64,000 nucleotides of DNA from Octopus vulgaris. Taxonomy: Eukaryota. Positions within the stretch are counted from its first letter, which is position 1; every line of letters starts with the position of its first letter. The notes under the pieces are model-generated. The model had not been told where the DNA came from. It searched no databases and saw only the letters and a program-made list of their open reading frames with translations. Positions 11,710 to 27,402 of this stretch are shown piece after piece. A program made the position numbers and the translations under genes. The DNA is taken from contig OX597819.1 of assembly GCA_951406725.2 (NCBI GenBank), forward strand, positions 69,812,001 through 69,876,000. The letters are read 5' to 3'.

Positions 11710-12926
11710 TATAAATAGCATCATAATTTTGAAATATCTATCAAACCGTCAAAAGCTCGTTTATTTTTATGTTTTTTTTATTTATTATTAGCGTTGCTTA
11801 ATATGCTTTGCGCTTTCTTTTCAGATATCATGAGAGAAAGGTAATTAAAATTCATTAAAATGACAAATCTATCAAACTTTCAAAGTGGTCAAATTGTTGC
11901 TGGTCGTATGGCAGGCGCTAGCGTAACAAAAACAGCCGACATATTTGGAGTCTCAAGAAGTACTGTCTCGAAAAAATGACAGCCTTTGAGAAAGAGGGAA
12001 AAACCTCCTCATTGAAACAAAACTCTGGAAGAAAACCAAAACTTTAAGATAGGGACCGTCGGACTCTTACGCGAATTGTTAGAAAGTATCATAGAAGTAC
12101 AGCTCCCAAAAATTACTGCAGGGCTTAATGACTACCTCAACAAGCCACCCAATTTCCACAGAAACTGTTCGCCGAGAGCTGCGCAAAGGCGGATTTCACG
12201 GGAGGGTTGCAATCAGAAAACCACTACTTCAAAAAACAATCGTCAAAGAGTTGAGTAAAAACCTACAGAATTGGTCCCTAGAGCAGTGGAAGAATGTTAT
12301 TTTCTCGGACGAGTCATCGTTTGCCTTATTTCCGACCACCGGCTGAGTATACGTGTGGAGACAGCATTTGACCCAGACTGCCTTCTTCTAACTTTTAAAA
12401 ATGGTGAAGGATCTGTGATGATCTGGACGGGCTATATCTTGGAAACCCGCCGGCCCAATGGTTTCCCTTCATGGCAGAATTAATAGTAAAGCCTATTTAA
12501 GCATTTTATCTAATCAAATTCATCCTATGGCTGCAGATCTGTTTTCGGAGGGAAACGCACTCTTTCAGGATGATAATGCGCCAATTCACACAGCTAAAGT
12601 TGTTACTGAACAGCATGAGGATTCTAGTGAAGTTGAACATCTTATCTGGCCACCACAGTCCCCAGATCGCAATATTATTGAACATTTATGGAGCATTTTA
12701 GAAAAACAAGTAAGGAGTCGATATCCTCCACCATCATCACTACAAGAACTGGAGACTGTTTTAGCTGAAGAATAGAAAAAAAATTCCTTTGGAAACAATT
12801 CAAAATTTGTACGAGTCTATATCTCGTAGAATGTAAGCTTTAATCACTGCCAAAGGCAGTCCTACTCCATATCAAAACAAATTTGTTTAAAATTTTAAGG
12901 TGGTTCCTTTATTTTGTCCAACCCCA
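11710..12926 (+). mobile_element. Decayed Tc1-like (DD34E) transposon lacking its 5' TIR
   Basis: MTNLSNFQSGQIVAGRMAGASVTKTA from 11860, then WKNVIFSDES, FQDDNAPIH and WPPQSPDRNIIEHLW, with frameshifts and stops. The 3' end reads ttttgtccaacccc. Confidence 0.88.
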
Positions 12927-13564
12927 ATATATATATAAGCTTTCTCGGTAGGATACTATGCATCAGCTTAACTCAGAACGAAGTTCAGAAATGATAAATT
13001 ATAATCTACCTCTTTTAATTAAAAATCCTGAGTTTTTAACCGAGTTTTGTATCACGAACTTCTGCAGAAACTACAAAACATACTACAACCGCCATTTTGA
13101 ATAGCAATTTAGTTGTCTTAACGGAAGTACAATTGGAATAAAATGTAGTAATATTATTTTTAAGATATATTATTAGAAACTACCTGCTGGTGAGGCTATA
13201 GGCATATTAAAAGGCAAGAGTTAAGAGACAAGTAAATAACATAGAAAATTCAAATTGTTTGAAATTTCATTTGTTAATTTTTTCTTTAGATTTTAGATTT
13301 TAGCTTAAAGCCCAAATAATTTGTTGGCTTGTTTTGTTTTGAAATTTTCAAAATGTTTCCTTAATTTAGTTGTTATGTCTTTATACATTTGTACGTTCCC
13401 CACTACAAAAATTAGCCTATCCTCCTACCAGGTTCACGAACACAAACATATATGCACGCACAGGCCAACACATACGCACTCGTATATACAATATACATAT
13501 GTATACATGTATATATGTATACAATATACATATATATACATGTATATATGTATATATATCATGT

Positions 13565-13631
<67 letters not shown>

Positions 13632-14043
13632 TACATGATATATATACATATATACATGTATATATATATATATATATACAGATATAAATAGATAGATAAA
13701 AAGAGAGAGAGAGATACGTAAATACATGTGTATAGACATTTATACATCAATGTATTTACATATGTGTGTGTATGCGTAAGCTTATGTCAGTATGTATACA
13801 TATATATACATAAATAAGCTTACGCATATAAACACATATATATATATGCATATATCTATGCACACATATACATATACACACATATATATACACACACATA
13901 TATATATGCATATATATATATGAACACTTATACATATACACACACATACATATACACACACATTCATACATACACATATATATACATATATATGCATTTA
14001 TATGCCCTCATACGTATACACACATACACATTTATATATATAA

Positions 14044-14106
<63 letters not shown>

Positions 14107-14849
14107 TGTATGTATGCATGTATATATGTGTATGTATGTATACATTTCTATATGCATATAGAAATGTATATGTTTTTATGTCTGTCAGTATATATGTGAA
14201 TGCCTATATGCACATCTAGATCTGTTTTCTCTTTTCCTCTTCATTTTGCATTGTTACAACGTTAGATATAAATTAGAGAAACGTGAGTCTGATGATCAGC
14301 GGTAGAGAATCTAATAAAAAGACGTGGTGGAAGAGAGAGGAAATCAGAAAGAACTACAGAACAAATACATAACCTCCTCGAGAGTTAATTTGCTTGGTAA
14401 CACGTCAGTCGTGATTAATATATCAACGGTGTAGAAGAGACGCAAAGCAGAAACTTGTCAAATATGAAATGGCCTCGTGAATAACACGCTAGGGTAATAT
14501 TACAAGACTGTCTGGTCGGTTATGATTTCGAAAACGCTGAAGGCATTTATTTTTTATTTATTTACCTGTATATTTTATTTTCGAATTGAAAACAGTTTAA
14601 TAATGCTATGACGTGAAAGAAGATTGTAAGTTACGTGATTTTTATATTTTTTCGGAGGCTTTCAGTAAATGCTGGTATAGTCTGCTGGTATCAGCAAAAG
14701 TCATATAATCTCCATGATCTATAATTATTGTCTTTGAGATGATTTACCATTTACATTATGTCAGCTTCCGAGTGGCAAAATTGTGGTCTATAATTTGAAC
14801 CATGCACACAAACATGCATGCAGCTTTAGGTTGATATATGTTACATATA

Positions 14850-15170
14850 AGGCGGTGAGCTGCGCATTGGGGTCGATCTAATCGACTGGCCCCTTCCCTA
14901 AAAATTTCGGGCCTTGTGCCTAAAGTAGAACAGGATATATGTTACATATAAGACGGTGAGCTGGCAGAAACGTTAGTATGCCGGAGGAAATGCTTAGCGG
15001 TATTTCGTCTGCCGCTACGTTCTGAGTTCAAATTCCGCCGAGGTCGACTTTGCCTTTCAACCTTTCGAGGTACTTATTTAAAAGTACCAGTTACGCACTG
15101 GGGTTGACACAATCGACTTGCCCCCATCCCCCACCTCAAATTTCAGGCCTACTCCCTGTAATAGAAAGTA
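14850..15170 (+). mobile_element. SINE family B: an internally deleted copy followed by a near-full copy
   Basis: tRNA-like head ggcggtgagctggcagaaacgttag...gagttcaaattcc and central gtcgactttgcctttca...aagtaccag. The flank gatatatgttacatataag is duplicated. Confidence 0.8.
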
Positions 15171-15931
15171 TTATTATGCTTCTCAAAGACATCTTGTAAT
15201 TGTAGTATATCTACTTAGATCCAACATCACTCTTTTCCTTTTCCTTCTATCAGCTATTCAGTATACACTTTGTGTGACACTTAACCTTAAAACGTTAACC
15301 TTAAAACGACTAATTAATTTTGTCAATTAATTAGTTCATCTTCCAAATTCTTTGATATCTATTGATTGGTTTGTCTGTGTTTTTGCAGTTTAATTTTTTT
15401 CAGGAGTTATCGTTTCTAATGATGACGAATAAATACAAACATCCGTACATACATACATACGTGTGTGTGTTTGTGTGTGTGAGTGCGTGTGTGTGTGTGT
15501 GTTGATAGTGTACATTTCTTGTTGCTCCAGTTCCCCTTTCGATCCTGCAGGGTGGCATCATCTGAAGGCTATAACAGTGCAAAAGCGAATTGTGACCATC
15601 GATGTGTAAGGACAGCTGATAGCCTGGTCCGTCACGTGATCACATGATATATAAATAAATATTTATATATTTATTCATTGAGAATAAAGTGAACTGGATT
15701 TCAGATAAGTGCTCTTCATTTAACCAGTTAGTCCGACTTTTAAAAAACAGTTAATCTTCATGCTTCTGACGAATGTCTATATTATAATAAGCGCGAAGAT
15801 CACGATACTCTATCCACTTTCGTAATTAGCTGGTGTCAATTTTCTTGACCCAGTATCCATAGTCCTTATCTTAGAAGTAGAGGTAAAGCGACAACAAACT
15901 GCCGTAATACAGTAAAAAAACCTGTAAAACA

Positions 15932-16232
15932 GTACAGTTCTATATTTAAGAAATGAGGAATCATGTACATTATTTACGTTATTTATATTTGACGGATATT
16001 CGTCCTCATCTTGTTTGTTGTTAACACAACGTTTCGGCTGATATACCCTCCATCCTCCATCGGGTGTCTTGGGGAAATTTCGAACCTGGGTTCTCATTCA
16101 TAAGGTATATTTCGATGTTATTATTATTATTATTATTCATGTCACTGCCTGGAATCGAACTCAGAATCTTCGAGTTAGTAGTCCGCGCTCTTAACCACGA
16201 CGCCAAATATCCGTCAAATGTAAATAATGTAG
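15932..16232 (-). mobile_element. tRNA-headed short element with a degenerate hammerhead and a 5' inverted segment
   Basis: A/B-box head at 16141-16205, (AAT)n spacer, HHR-like motif at 16024-16067. 16206-16231 is an inverted copy of the tail at about 15965-16000. Confidence 0.65.
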
Positions 16233-16925
16233 ATACTGTAAATAGTGCAAAACAGTGTTTAAAAAGCAAGAAACCAACAACAATCAACGAATCTCAACTT
16301 ACGTTTGACAAATGACTTCAAATCCAATCCAAATTTTTTTTATTACCCACAAAGGGCGAACATAGATGGACAATACAAACGAATAAAAAATAATGAACTA
16401 AATAATGGGATGGTAAATTGAAATTGAGTCGCTCGTCCCCACATCCGGGCGACTCTATTGATCTTTCTTTTATTTTTACTTGTTGAAACCTTCAAAAATG
16501 TCCATTTAAAAATTGTTTACGTGATATTCGTAACTTAACGCCGTGGGCATACCCTCGGTGTCCATTCCTCTCTGTCAGTATATCACGTCGCTTCCGTGTG
16601 AATAGCGTCCACAGTTACACATTCACAGCCTGAATGCACCTCCTTACAACCTGTAGGGATCACTAATATACGTTTCTTCCACCTATACACACTTTTTTGC
16701 AGTTTGCCATTTTGTTGATTGTAGAGGACTATGCACTTTGTTTTCTTCACAGGTTAGGGACTGGGGAATTTGCCAATCCTTTAACATTTATTGAAAATGG
16801 GGGAGGGTACCAAGTGATTTCCCCTTTTCTACTCCTACTAGGTAATTTACCATAATTTATTTTATAATATTTCGTTTTGGGATTTGGTTTGCAAGATTCT
16901 TTATATGAGTTCGTGTGTTGAAGCA

Positions 16926-17109
16926 TATTCTGTTGTGCCTGGGGAGAGTCATTTTCTTTTAACTATATAGTTTAACTATTGAAAATGTTGCAACACGCAA
17001 CGAAAGTTTTAGGAAAATAAAAATAAGAAAAATGTGGAAATTTTACCGGTGAGTGTGTTACATTATAAGGCACAAAAAGAAAATGACTCTCCCCAGACAC
17101 AACAGAATA
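16926..17109. repeat. About 35-bp inverted repeat (16926-16960 / 17075-17109)
   Basis: tattctgttgtgcctggggagagtcattttctttt versus aaaagaaaatgactctccccagacacaacagaata. Confidence 0.85.
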
Positions 17110-17989
17110 CTTTATAATATATATAGGTAAAATTGTCGTCAGGGGATCCTATGTTAGCTCGTTCCTTTGAGTTTTTATTTCAAACTCATCCTATTATATT
17201 TTTATCTCACCACAGTCGACATTTTATAGACCAAACCAGGTATTTATAGGTTCAAATTCAACAAATATATCTCTTGGTGCCAATATGGGAAATGAATGAC
17301 AATAATTGTGATAACCTTCCCCGTTATCACAAGCTTCTTTTTACAGTTTTCCCAGAATCCAAATATCAACTTAAATGACTATAATTATTATCTACTATTT
17401 TATCGAAAGCTTTAAAGACTCACCTCAGCAGAATGTTATCTCCATTCAGTTTAAAATTCGATTCTTTTGAACTCTTTTAATGTAGGATATTTTTTTTCAT
17501 CAGATTTTATTCCCCGCGTACCATCGATTTCCGCGTGTTAAATCTAATATTTTTCCATTTTGAAAATTCTCTCAGTTTTCTACTGCAATTATACATAGTT
17601 TTACTGGTCTTTTTACTGTCATGTACCACTTTGTTTTTTAGGGTTTTATTTTAAATATTTTTCAGATGCATACATTTTATGTACACTTTCTACTTCAATC
17701 TCCATTATTTTTATATTTTACGAATAACTGTTTTATGATTTGGGTGTCAGACGAGAAGGTTCTTTTCAAGATTCTTTTTTTAATGACTGTATCTGTGATA
17801 TTTAGATACGCTTTACGTCTAATCACCCTCATAACGAATTGAAAACTGGGTTTATGGATTTATGGGTTTCGCAGACGATTTCCAGTTTTGAAAGAGGTTT
17901 TATTTCAGATCGATTTTAATTCAGTTTGAAATCTTTGTGGAATATTTTAAAATATTTTATCTAACATAGCACTTTATTTCTTATCTCTT

Positions 17990-18186
17990 ACTTGTTTCAG
18001 TCATTAAACTGCGGCCATGCTGGGGCACCACCTTGAAGAAATTTTAGTCGAATAAATTGACCATAACATTGTTTTTTTTTTTTGTTTCTGTTTGTTTTTG
18101 TTTAAGCCCTAGTGCTTATGTCAAACGGTTGTGGATGACAAACACAAACACAAAGATACATCCACACCCACCCACACACCCACACC

Positions 18187-18233
<47 letters not shown>

Positions 18234-18403
18234 TAGTATATACGACGTCTTCCGTCAGTTTCTGTTTACCAAATCCACGCCCAAGATTTTGATTGGTCCA
18301 AGGCTATAGTAGAAGACACTTGCCCAGGATGTTATGCAGTGGGACTGATCCCGGAACCACGTAGTTGAGAAGCAAGCTTCTTACCACACAACTACACCTG
18401 CGC
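17990..18403 (-). mobile_element. SINE family A with internal (CA)n(TA)n
   Basis: Matches 45935-46354 in both head and tail. Confidence 0.85.
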
Positions 18404-19216
18404 TTTTATTCACATCCAAGAAATATATATAAACTTTTATAATCATTTCCATCCCGCCCCATTTTGGAGAAAACCTTCAATCGTGCTATTTTTATTATTT
18501 CCCCTCTTATAGAGATAATGTCTTCTTCCTATTTCAAGTGGTTTTGCTCTTGTTAATATCATCGGTCCGTTAGGCTACCATTGGTTGAGGAGACTGAAAA
18601 TAAGTTGTTTTTTTTTTATTCCGGTGAACACGTGTCATGCCCAATGTTTATGAAATACAACGGTGATTAGCATATTTACGTTAGAAGATACCAGAACATT
18701 ATTATGAGAATTCTCACTGTTCTGCATGCTTCCCAGGAATTATCTGTTTGGACGCTGTCAGAACGCATCATCAAATAATTTGTTTGCACATTTTCATAAA
18801 TCAGAGCTTGTATTCTTATTAGATTCATCAGTCCAGTGGGCTAGCTTTAGCCGAGGAGACACACAATAAGGTCGAAAGACTGTGATGTCTTAAATTTCCT
18901 TCACATGCTGAATCGCGTGTATTTGGACACACGTCATCTACAGGGAGGAATTGTTCTCCACTGGCGGTAAAACAACCAAGATCTGATATTCACGTTCGAA
19001 TCTTCTTAAACTTATTGCTTTGTTATTGTCGATGTTCTGCCTGTACCGAATGAATTATTCCCTACAAATTTGTTGACATCGTATCATTCTTTTTTGTACA
19101 TGGTTAGCTCAAAGGCAATTTCCGTAGTACACTTACAGATCGTCAATGAAAACACTATGGATGTGGTTTTGCCACTTCTTCCCTCAGTGACACTCTTCTT
19201 GCAGCCGCTTCAAGTA

Positions 19217-19781
19217 TTGGGTTGTCCGGAAAGTTCGTGCCGATTTATAGTAGCTTACCTTTCGACTTATTTTAGAATATGGTTGAGTCCATAAAATAGG
19301 ATTTGACTACACCTCCATTTAGAGCACAATTTAAGCTATCATTTCATGGCAGAAGATTTATATTCCTAAAACCTGTGTTAATTCTGTAACCCTTTAAAAT
19401 GGAAAATCAGAAAGTTTATTTTCGGCACTTGATGCTTTGGGAACCAGACAAAAATTGCTGCAGGTCGTCTGGGATGTGTTACCCCACCCTCCATATTCAC
19501 CAGATATTGCTCCTTCGGATTTCCACTTAATCAGATCTCTGCAGAATAGTCTTAATGGTGAAAATATCAATTCCTTGCATGACGTAAAAAGATACCTTGA
19601 TGAATTCTTTGCCATGAAACCACCTGAATTCTGGGAGAGGGTATTTTCAAGTTAAAGGAAAGATGGAGACAAATTGTGCAACAAAATGGTTCATATTTGG
19701 TTGATTAAAAATGTAATGGCAAGTATTTATTGACCTTTTTCTTTCCTTTAAAAATCGGCACGAACTTTCTGAACAACCCAA
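19217..19781 (+). mobile_element. Non-autonomous mariner (internal deletion derivative)
   Basis: About 30-bp TIRs ttgggttgtccggaaagttcgtgccgattt with TA TSD. MENQKVYFRHLMLWE is joined to WDVLPHPPYSPDIAPSDFHLIRSLQ. Confidence 0.92.
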
Positions 19782-20464
19782 TATTACGATCGATAAAACA
19801 TTCCAAACGGAAGAGTAACTGCCTCTCAGTATTAATCTTCATGTGATCGATTTTCAACCGTTTATTTTATTTCCTGTCAGCAAATATTTCCCATGTCATC
19901 AACCCTTTTAGTTTATCTCCCTCATCAAAATATCACATCTGTCCTCACACATTCACACACTCATATACATCTTCAATCTAAATGCGGCACAATACCTTAT
20001 ATATTTGCTGAGTGACATAGGAAATTGCTGATAGATTTGAATGGTAGTTATTCACTTTATTAGGAATCATTTATTAACAATCGATCTACAACGCCAAGTG
20101 GTTCTCACACCTGTTGCTTCGATTAACATCGATCATTATCTACCACGGTAAAATTTCCCGACAAAATATTGTGAAGTTGTTCTATCGAGAGAGAGTGTTT
20201 GTACTAACAAGAAATACATGCACTGGTTTAGTTTCATTTCTTTATTATTCGTTATTTGGTTAAATAGTTGACCATTTAGCGAATGATAATATGAAATCGA
20301 ACCAGTGCGTGATTTTATTATTGGCATCATGGCCCTTCCGAAATACAATAAAATATGTTTCAAAACACCGGTATCTTGCAAACCAAATACAAAGGCGAAA
20401 GGTTGTAGATTTTAAACAAGAGATCAGCTAGTTGTCCAGTTCCATCAGGTATCTTTCTTTCAGA

Positions 20465-20695
20465 TTTCTTTATTGCCCACAAGGGACTAAACATAGAGGG
20501 GACAAACAAGGATAGACAAAGGGATTAAGTCGGTTATATCAACCCCAGTGAGTAACTGGTACTTATTTAAACGACCCCAAAAGGATGAAAGGCAAAGTCG
20601 ACCTTGGCTGAATTTGAACTCAGAACGTAGCGGCAGACGAAATACCGCTAGGCGTTTCGCCTGGCGTGTTAACGTTTCTGCCAGCTTGCCGCCTT
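20465..20695 (-). mobile_element. SINE family B
   Basis: Reverse complement of the family-B head and core, with a tail like 38339-38734. Confidence 0.85.
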
Positions 20696-21439
20696 GCGAG
20701 CAGTATTTTTCCTTATGGGGGCAGAGATCCTGTGCTACTGAAACTAATATAGCATGCAATATATTTTCACAAGGTAAGCCTTATTGGTTTTGAGATTGAT
20801 ACCGTCTTCTGCAAATACTGGTCAACAACATCCAAATCAGAGCAGATTTTTCCCTCTATTTCTTCAACCCTCTCGAATATCTTTCATATTCATTTTGAAA
20901 AAATCCAGACTTTGCTTTCACTCAAAAATCTTCATGGATTTTTATATACTCGAAACAAATATGTTACGATCTTCTTATCCCAAATTCTCACGAACGTAGA
21001 AATGTCTAATCGCAAACTACGGAATTCTTTGATATATTTCATCATGAAAAAGCGACCAGTTTCATTTTTAGTAAACAAAAAATTGGTCATTGATATTCTT
21101 GTTTCTTTTACTTTAATTCATATAAATATTTTTTTTTACACAATGGCGTACATATCTATTCTTAATACGGCAGATTCGAATGGGAATATACTAATCGCTG
21201 TCGTACTTTGTCTGCCGACATCCAGATACTGTGTGTTCACAACACATTTGACTTCTGATTCATGGAGTCAAGAAGTCCTCGAGACACCGAGTGGATTCGA
21301 TAAAATAATTACCAGTTAATCACTGGGATTGATGTAATTGACTTCCTCTCAATTTACAGTCTTGTACTAAAATAAGAAATTATTATTATTATTATCATTA
21401 TTATTATTGTTGTTGTTGTTGCTGTTGTTGTTGTTATTA

Positions 21440-21995
21440 TTTGTTCCTTCGTAACACAGTGTAGCTGGAAATGCACCGGAATCTTTAGTCATCAAGTCAA
21501 AACAACGACCTCAGACAGATAATACTTTCCTTAAGATGTGCGCTGTGCCCAGTAACGCTGTATGTTGCCAGACATCAATCATGCATAGGATTTCCAGTTG
21601 CCTTAAGAAGTCTCGAAGTTTCAATGGGATTGAGCTCAGCGCTCCGATCACCACTGGTATCACTTTTACATTACCCTCTCGCATTCCATACAGTCTTGCC
21701 ATTTCCACTTTCAATTCGGAGTACTTGGTGATTTTTTCAACCTCTTTACCCAGCATTCATGTCATTTGGTATGGCTACATTAATGAACTGACACTATTTG
21801 TCTCTCTTATTCAATATGACAATATCCGGCCGACGGTGTTCGATTACACGATCCGTCTGAAAACCATAGTGCCAGAGTATCGTTACTTTTCCATCCTCCT
21901 GCATAACTTTACTTGGTACATGTCCATTCCAGTTCTCTGTTACTTCATATTGGTATTTACGGCATAAGAGCCAATGAAGATACACAAACACTATT
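21440..21995 (-). mobile_element. 3' fragment of an R4/Dong-like non-LTR element with restriction-like endonuclease, embedded in (TAA)n
   Basis: ILWHYGFQTDRVIEHRRPDIVILNK and EKITKYSELKVEMARLYGM..VIPVVIGAL..ALLGTAHILRKVL. (ATT)n tracts on both sides. Confidence 0.85.
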
Positions 21996-22031
21996 ACAAT
22001 TATTATTATCATTATTATCATCATCATCATC

Positions 22032-22132
<101 letters not shown>

Positions 22133-22529
22133 ACTCGGAAGAGAAAGTGAAAAAAGAGAGATCTCTCTCTCCCAGTAAATTTGTGTGTGATTGTGGCAAA
22201 AATGATTCTGGTAGATTCGTTTAATCTAAGCACGTGCCTGTAGATTGTAGAACAACATTGGAACAGGAATTTATGCCCTCGATACTCAGATTGATGCTGG
22301 ATCCGTGGGGTTCCTTGTTGACCCTAACTAGAAGTTTCCCTGTATCAGGTGGACTGCATGATAGATGTATTCATCTAATTTGTATGCTATGTGTACTTTC
22401 ATTTCAGCTCTTACCCTTTTTTCCCTTTCTTCACCCACCCCAACCATCTCTTATGTAAAACCCCCAAACAAATTGTTAGCTGTCTTTGAAATGTTCCGCT
22501 CAACTGATGTTTCTGCGCTAAATAAAAGA

Positions 22530-22870
<341 letters not shown>

Positions 22871-24134
22871 CAAATTGTGCTCTTGTTCTGGATTGCTTTT
22901 CGTGATTTAATCTTCAAAATTGGATGACTCTTTCTATATTAAATCGTTGGAATTAATACAAAGAAACGTTAGCGTTTATTTTGATTAATTGTTTTGCCAA
23001 TGGGCTAAAAAAAAACAGAAAACAAAGACATTTTGAACACTTATTTGTTATCTGATATTCAAAAGAAATTATCGGTCAGACACGCCCCGGAAACAAACAA
23101 AAAGCATTGACAGCTGTGTAGTAAACAGAATAAAAGAAAACTAAAAGAAGATAGCCAAAAAATGTTTTAAAAGATAGTACTAGCGTTTTGAAAGGCGACA
23201 ATAATGATGTATTTCATATTTTGAATATCAATGTGAGCTATTTTCACAATTCTCTTAATTCTAAATCAACAAGAGTAATGACAACAGCACACTTTTTCAT
23301 ATGTCACACACACAAGAAACAAATTTAAGGCATGGACAGAACGATGTCAAAGAAATCACTGTGGTTGGAGTGTGTAACAAAGGATTCTACCTCGTTGCCC
23401 GACGAATTTATCCAAGTCCAGGTTAGAATAATGCTTTACGTAGGAGTACTTCAAGTTAAAACAGAAGTGGTTTTGTATGGCCTCTAAAACGATTTGAGCA
23501 AGAGCTTGGCTGAATTGCAGATCTGTGTGAGATGCAAAGCGATGAGCTGAGATAGTACGACAACCAGCTCACCATAAGCTTGTACCTCAGTTCAGGGACC
23601 AGTGTAAATGAAAAAAAATGACATTCAAAACCACTGACAGTGACACTGGTCCCTGGTTCGAAGTCACTTTTGTAGCACAATACGGATGGATACAAAGTGT
23701 GAAAGTGTGAAAGAATGACATGTGGTTAAAGCGGTATCGCGTGGAGCTTGCAAGTCCTTCTGACCACTTCAAGATCAATGGTTAGGTGCACTTTCTTATT
23801 GCATGCTGTTGTTAGCAAAGAATTGCGAGCAGTGTAGAAATCACAGCTGTTAAACTAACGCAATCAAAAGATTTTTTTATGATTTCTTCACCGAGGATTT
23901 AGAAAAGCAAGAAGAAAGAAAAAATCGACGAAAGCGAAAGATTTCAGTTGTTGCCATCTCAAAAGTACTGCTTGTTGCAATTTCAACGTTGTCTGGAAAA
24001 TTCGCATTGTTCTCAGTCAAAAATTATGGAGTAACTCACCCCTATCTTCAGATGTAGTCATCGATATACTCGGCATTTGTAGCTAATAAAAATCATTATC
24101 ATCGCCACCATCATCTTTATTAGATTAAAATCGT

Positions 24135-24280
24135 AATATCCGTCTACCGAATACACTCACAAAGCTTTGCATGGTTCGAGGCTATAATAAAATATATTTG
24201 GTCAAGATGCCATGCAGTGGAACTGAACCAGGAACCTTATAGTTGAAAAAAAAGCAAACTTCTTACCACACATCCACGTC
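24135..24280 (-). mobile_element. SINE family A, 5' half
   Basis: ccgtctacc...cactcacaaagctttg...gcagtggaactgaacc...cttaccacac. Confidence 0.75.
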
Positions 24281-24328
24281 TATACATAGATATATACGTA
24301 TCAATATACATAAATATACATAAATACT

Positions 24329-24373
<45 letters not shown>

Positions 24374-24789
24374 ATATATACATAATATATGTGTTTGTGT
24401 GTGTATATATACAACAATCACACACAAGTACTTATGTGTGAGTGTGCTATGCGCGTGTGTACTGGTGAACCTGCGTGTGTATGTGTGTATGTGTGTGCGT
24501 GTGTATAACGATTAAGAAATAATGAATAGATAAAAAAATAATGGCATAGTATAAAAATGAATAAATAAAAAAGGAACAGGTCTTCAGAGATCGAGAGGGA
24601 AACGGATGGAAAATGAATGAAGGTAAGTGAGGGAGAGAGGGAGAGAGAAACGAAAGAGGGGGAGAGAGGGGTAGAGAGAGAAAAAAGAAAGAGAAAGAAA
24701 AGGAAGAAAGGAATGAGAGATGAGAGAAAAGAAAATAAAGGCAGGAGAAACGAAGCAAAGGGAGTGGTTGGAGAACGAATTTAAGAGGT

Positions 24790-25370
24790 GTTAATAGAAA
24801 GTAAAGGCTAGAGGGGGAGAGAAAGAAAAAGATATACTAAGAGATGAATAATGTGGGAACACGGAAGAGAAAGATAGGTTGAGAAGCCTTAACAGGAGTG
24901 TAGGCGAAGGAATAGGATATGAAGTAAAAAATATGTATAAAAAGAATAATATAATGGAAAATAAGAAAGGAAGCTCGAAGGTATTGTAAACTAGAGATAG
25001 AGAGCGGTAGGCAGACAAAGAGAGAGAAAATGAGAGAACGAGGAAGAGAAAGATAGACAGAGGAGAAGGAGTGAGAAGTCCTAGAAGGAGTGAAAGCGAA
25101 GTGAAAATATATATAAAGGAATAATGATACGATGGAAAATAGGAAAGAAAACAAGAAGGAATTGAAGGTTAGAGGGAGAGAGACAAAGAGAGAAATAATG
25201 AGAGAACGAGAGAGGGAAAAAACTGAGAGAGGAGAGTGATTGAAAAGGCCTAAGATGGCTGAAAGAGAAGGGATAGGATATGAATTGAGAAATATGAGAA
25301 AAGGAATAATATTGTGGAAAATAGTAAAGGAAGCGAGAAAGTATAAGCGAGAAGAAAGATAAAGAAATAT
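24790..25370. repeat. Degenerate purine-rich minisatellite, about 3 units of about 180 bp
   Basis: Recurrent aaggaataat...tggaaaata..aaggaag motifs near 24940, 25115 and 25300. Confidence 0.55.
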
Positions 25371-26037
25371 ATTAGATGAATAGGTCAAAAATGTCCCAAT
25401 ATTTTATTTGGTCTTTCCGTATTGATTTATTTTTGACTGGCATACAACTCCAGCAAAGAATCTCTGCGCTAATAACAATGCATTTCACTTCTTTTATAAT
25501 GGCCGATTTGTCGTATGATAGATTTTTATGCGATAAGTTAAGGAAGTCAGTAGGTAACTAAGTGAAACGGATGAAGAGGAGAGGAAGTGGTTGATTGCGG
25601 TGGTATAGTGTCTGGTGGAGTTTGACGTGGCATCGTGTGGTACAATAGAGTGTTGGGCGGTTAGCTGTTGGGTCTGCACTGCTGTGCCGTGCCGTGGCGT
25701 GAGGTGGTGTACTGCGGTGAGATATAGTGGAGTTTTGTTTGCTTTGTATAGTAGGAAGCAGTGTGGCGCAGTGCAAGGTGGGTTGGCGTTCTAGAATATC
25801 ATATTGTGTGGCACTTTGTGGTGCAAAGCAGCGTGAGTACTGCAGTGTCACGGCGTTGTGTAGTTTGGCTGAGTGTGATATTTATCAAAATTGTTTCAAG
25901 TCTCATGATCGGTTTGTGAAGGACATCCTCTCGTTTAACACCGGTAAATATTCACTTACAAGCCATTGTTCTAGGAGTTACAAGATGTGGAAGATAATAT
26001 GTTTCGTATAGGCCATGGGTTGGGTTATGCATTTTGG

Positions 26038-27402
<1,365 letters not shown>

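Noticed and set aside
16141-16205. Functional tRNA gene (and other SINE heads as tRNAs)
   Set aside because: The acceptor stem is missing and arms are mispaired. These are A/B-box heads of repeats.
17150-17980. Possible very old PLE on the minus strand (weak GLVYK..DCGE-like remnant)
   Set aside because: Too degraded to support without a search.
23340-23830. Possible exon or TE coding remnant
   Set aside because: No sustained frame, motif or clear splice pair.
25600-25880. GC-richer stretch resembling coding DNA
   Set aside because: It is a degenerate (GTGGY)n pentanucleotide repeat.
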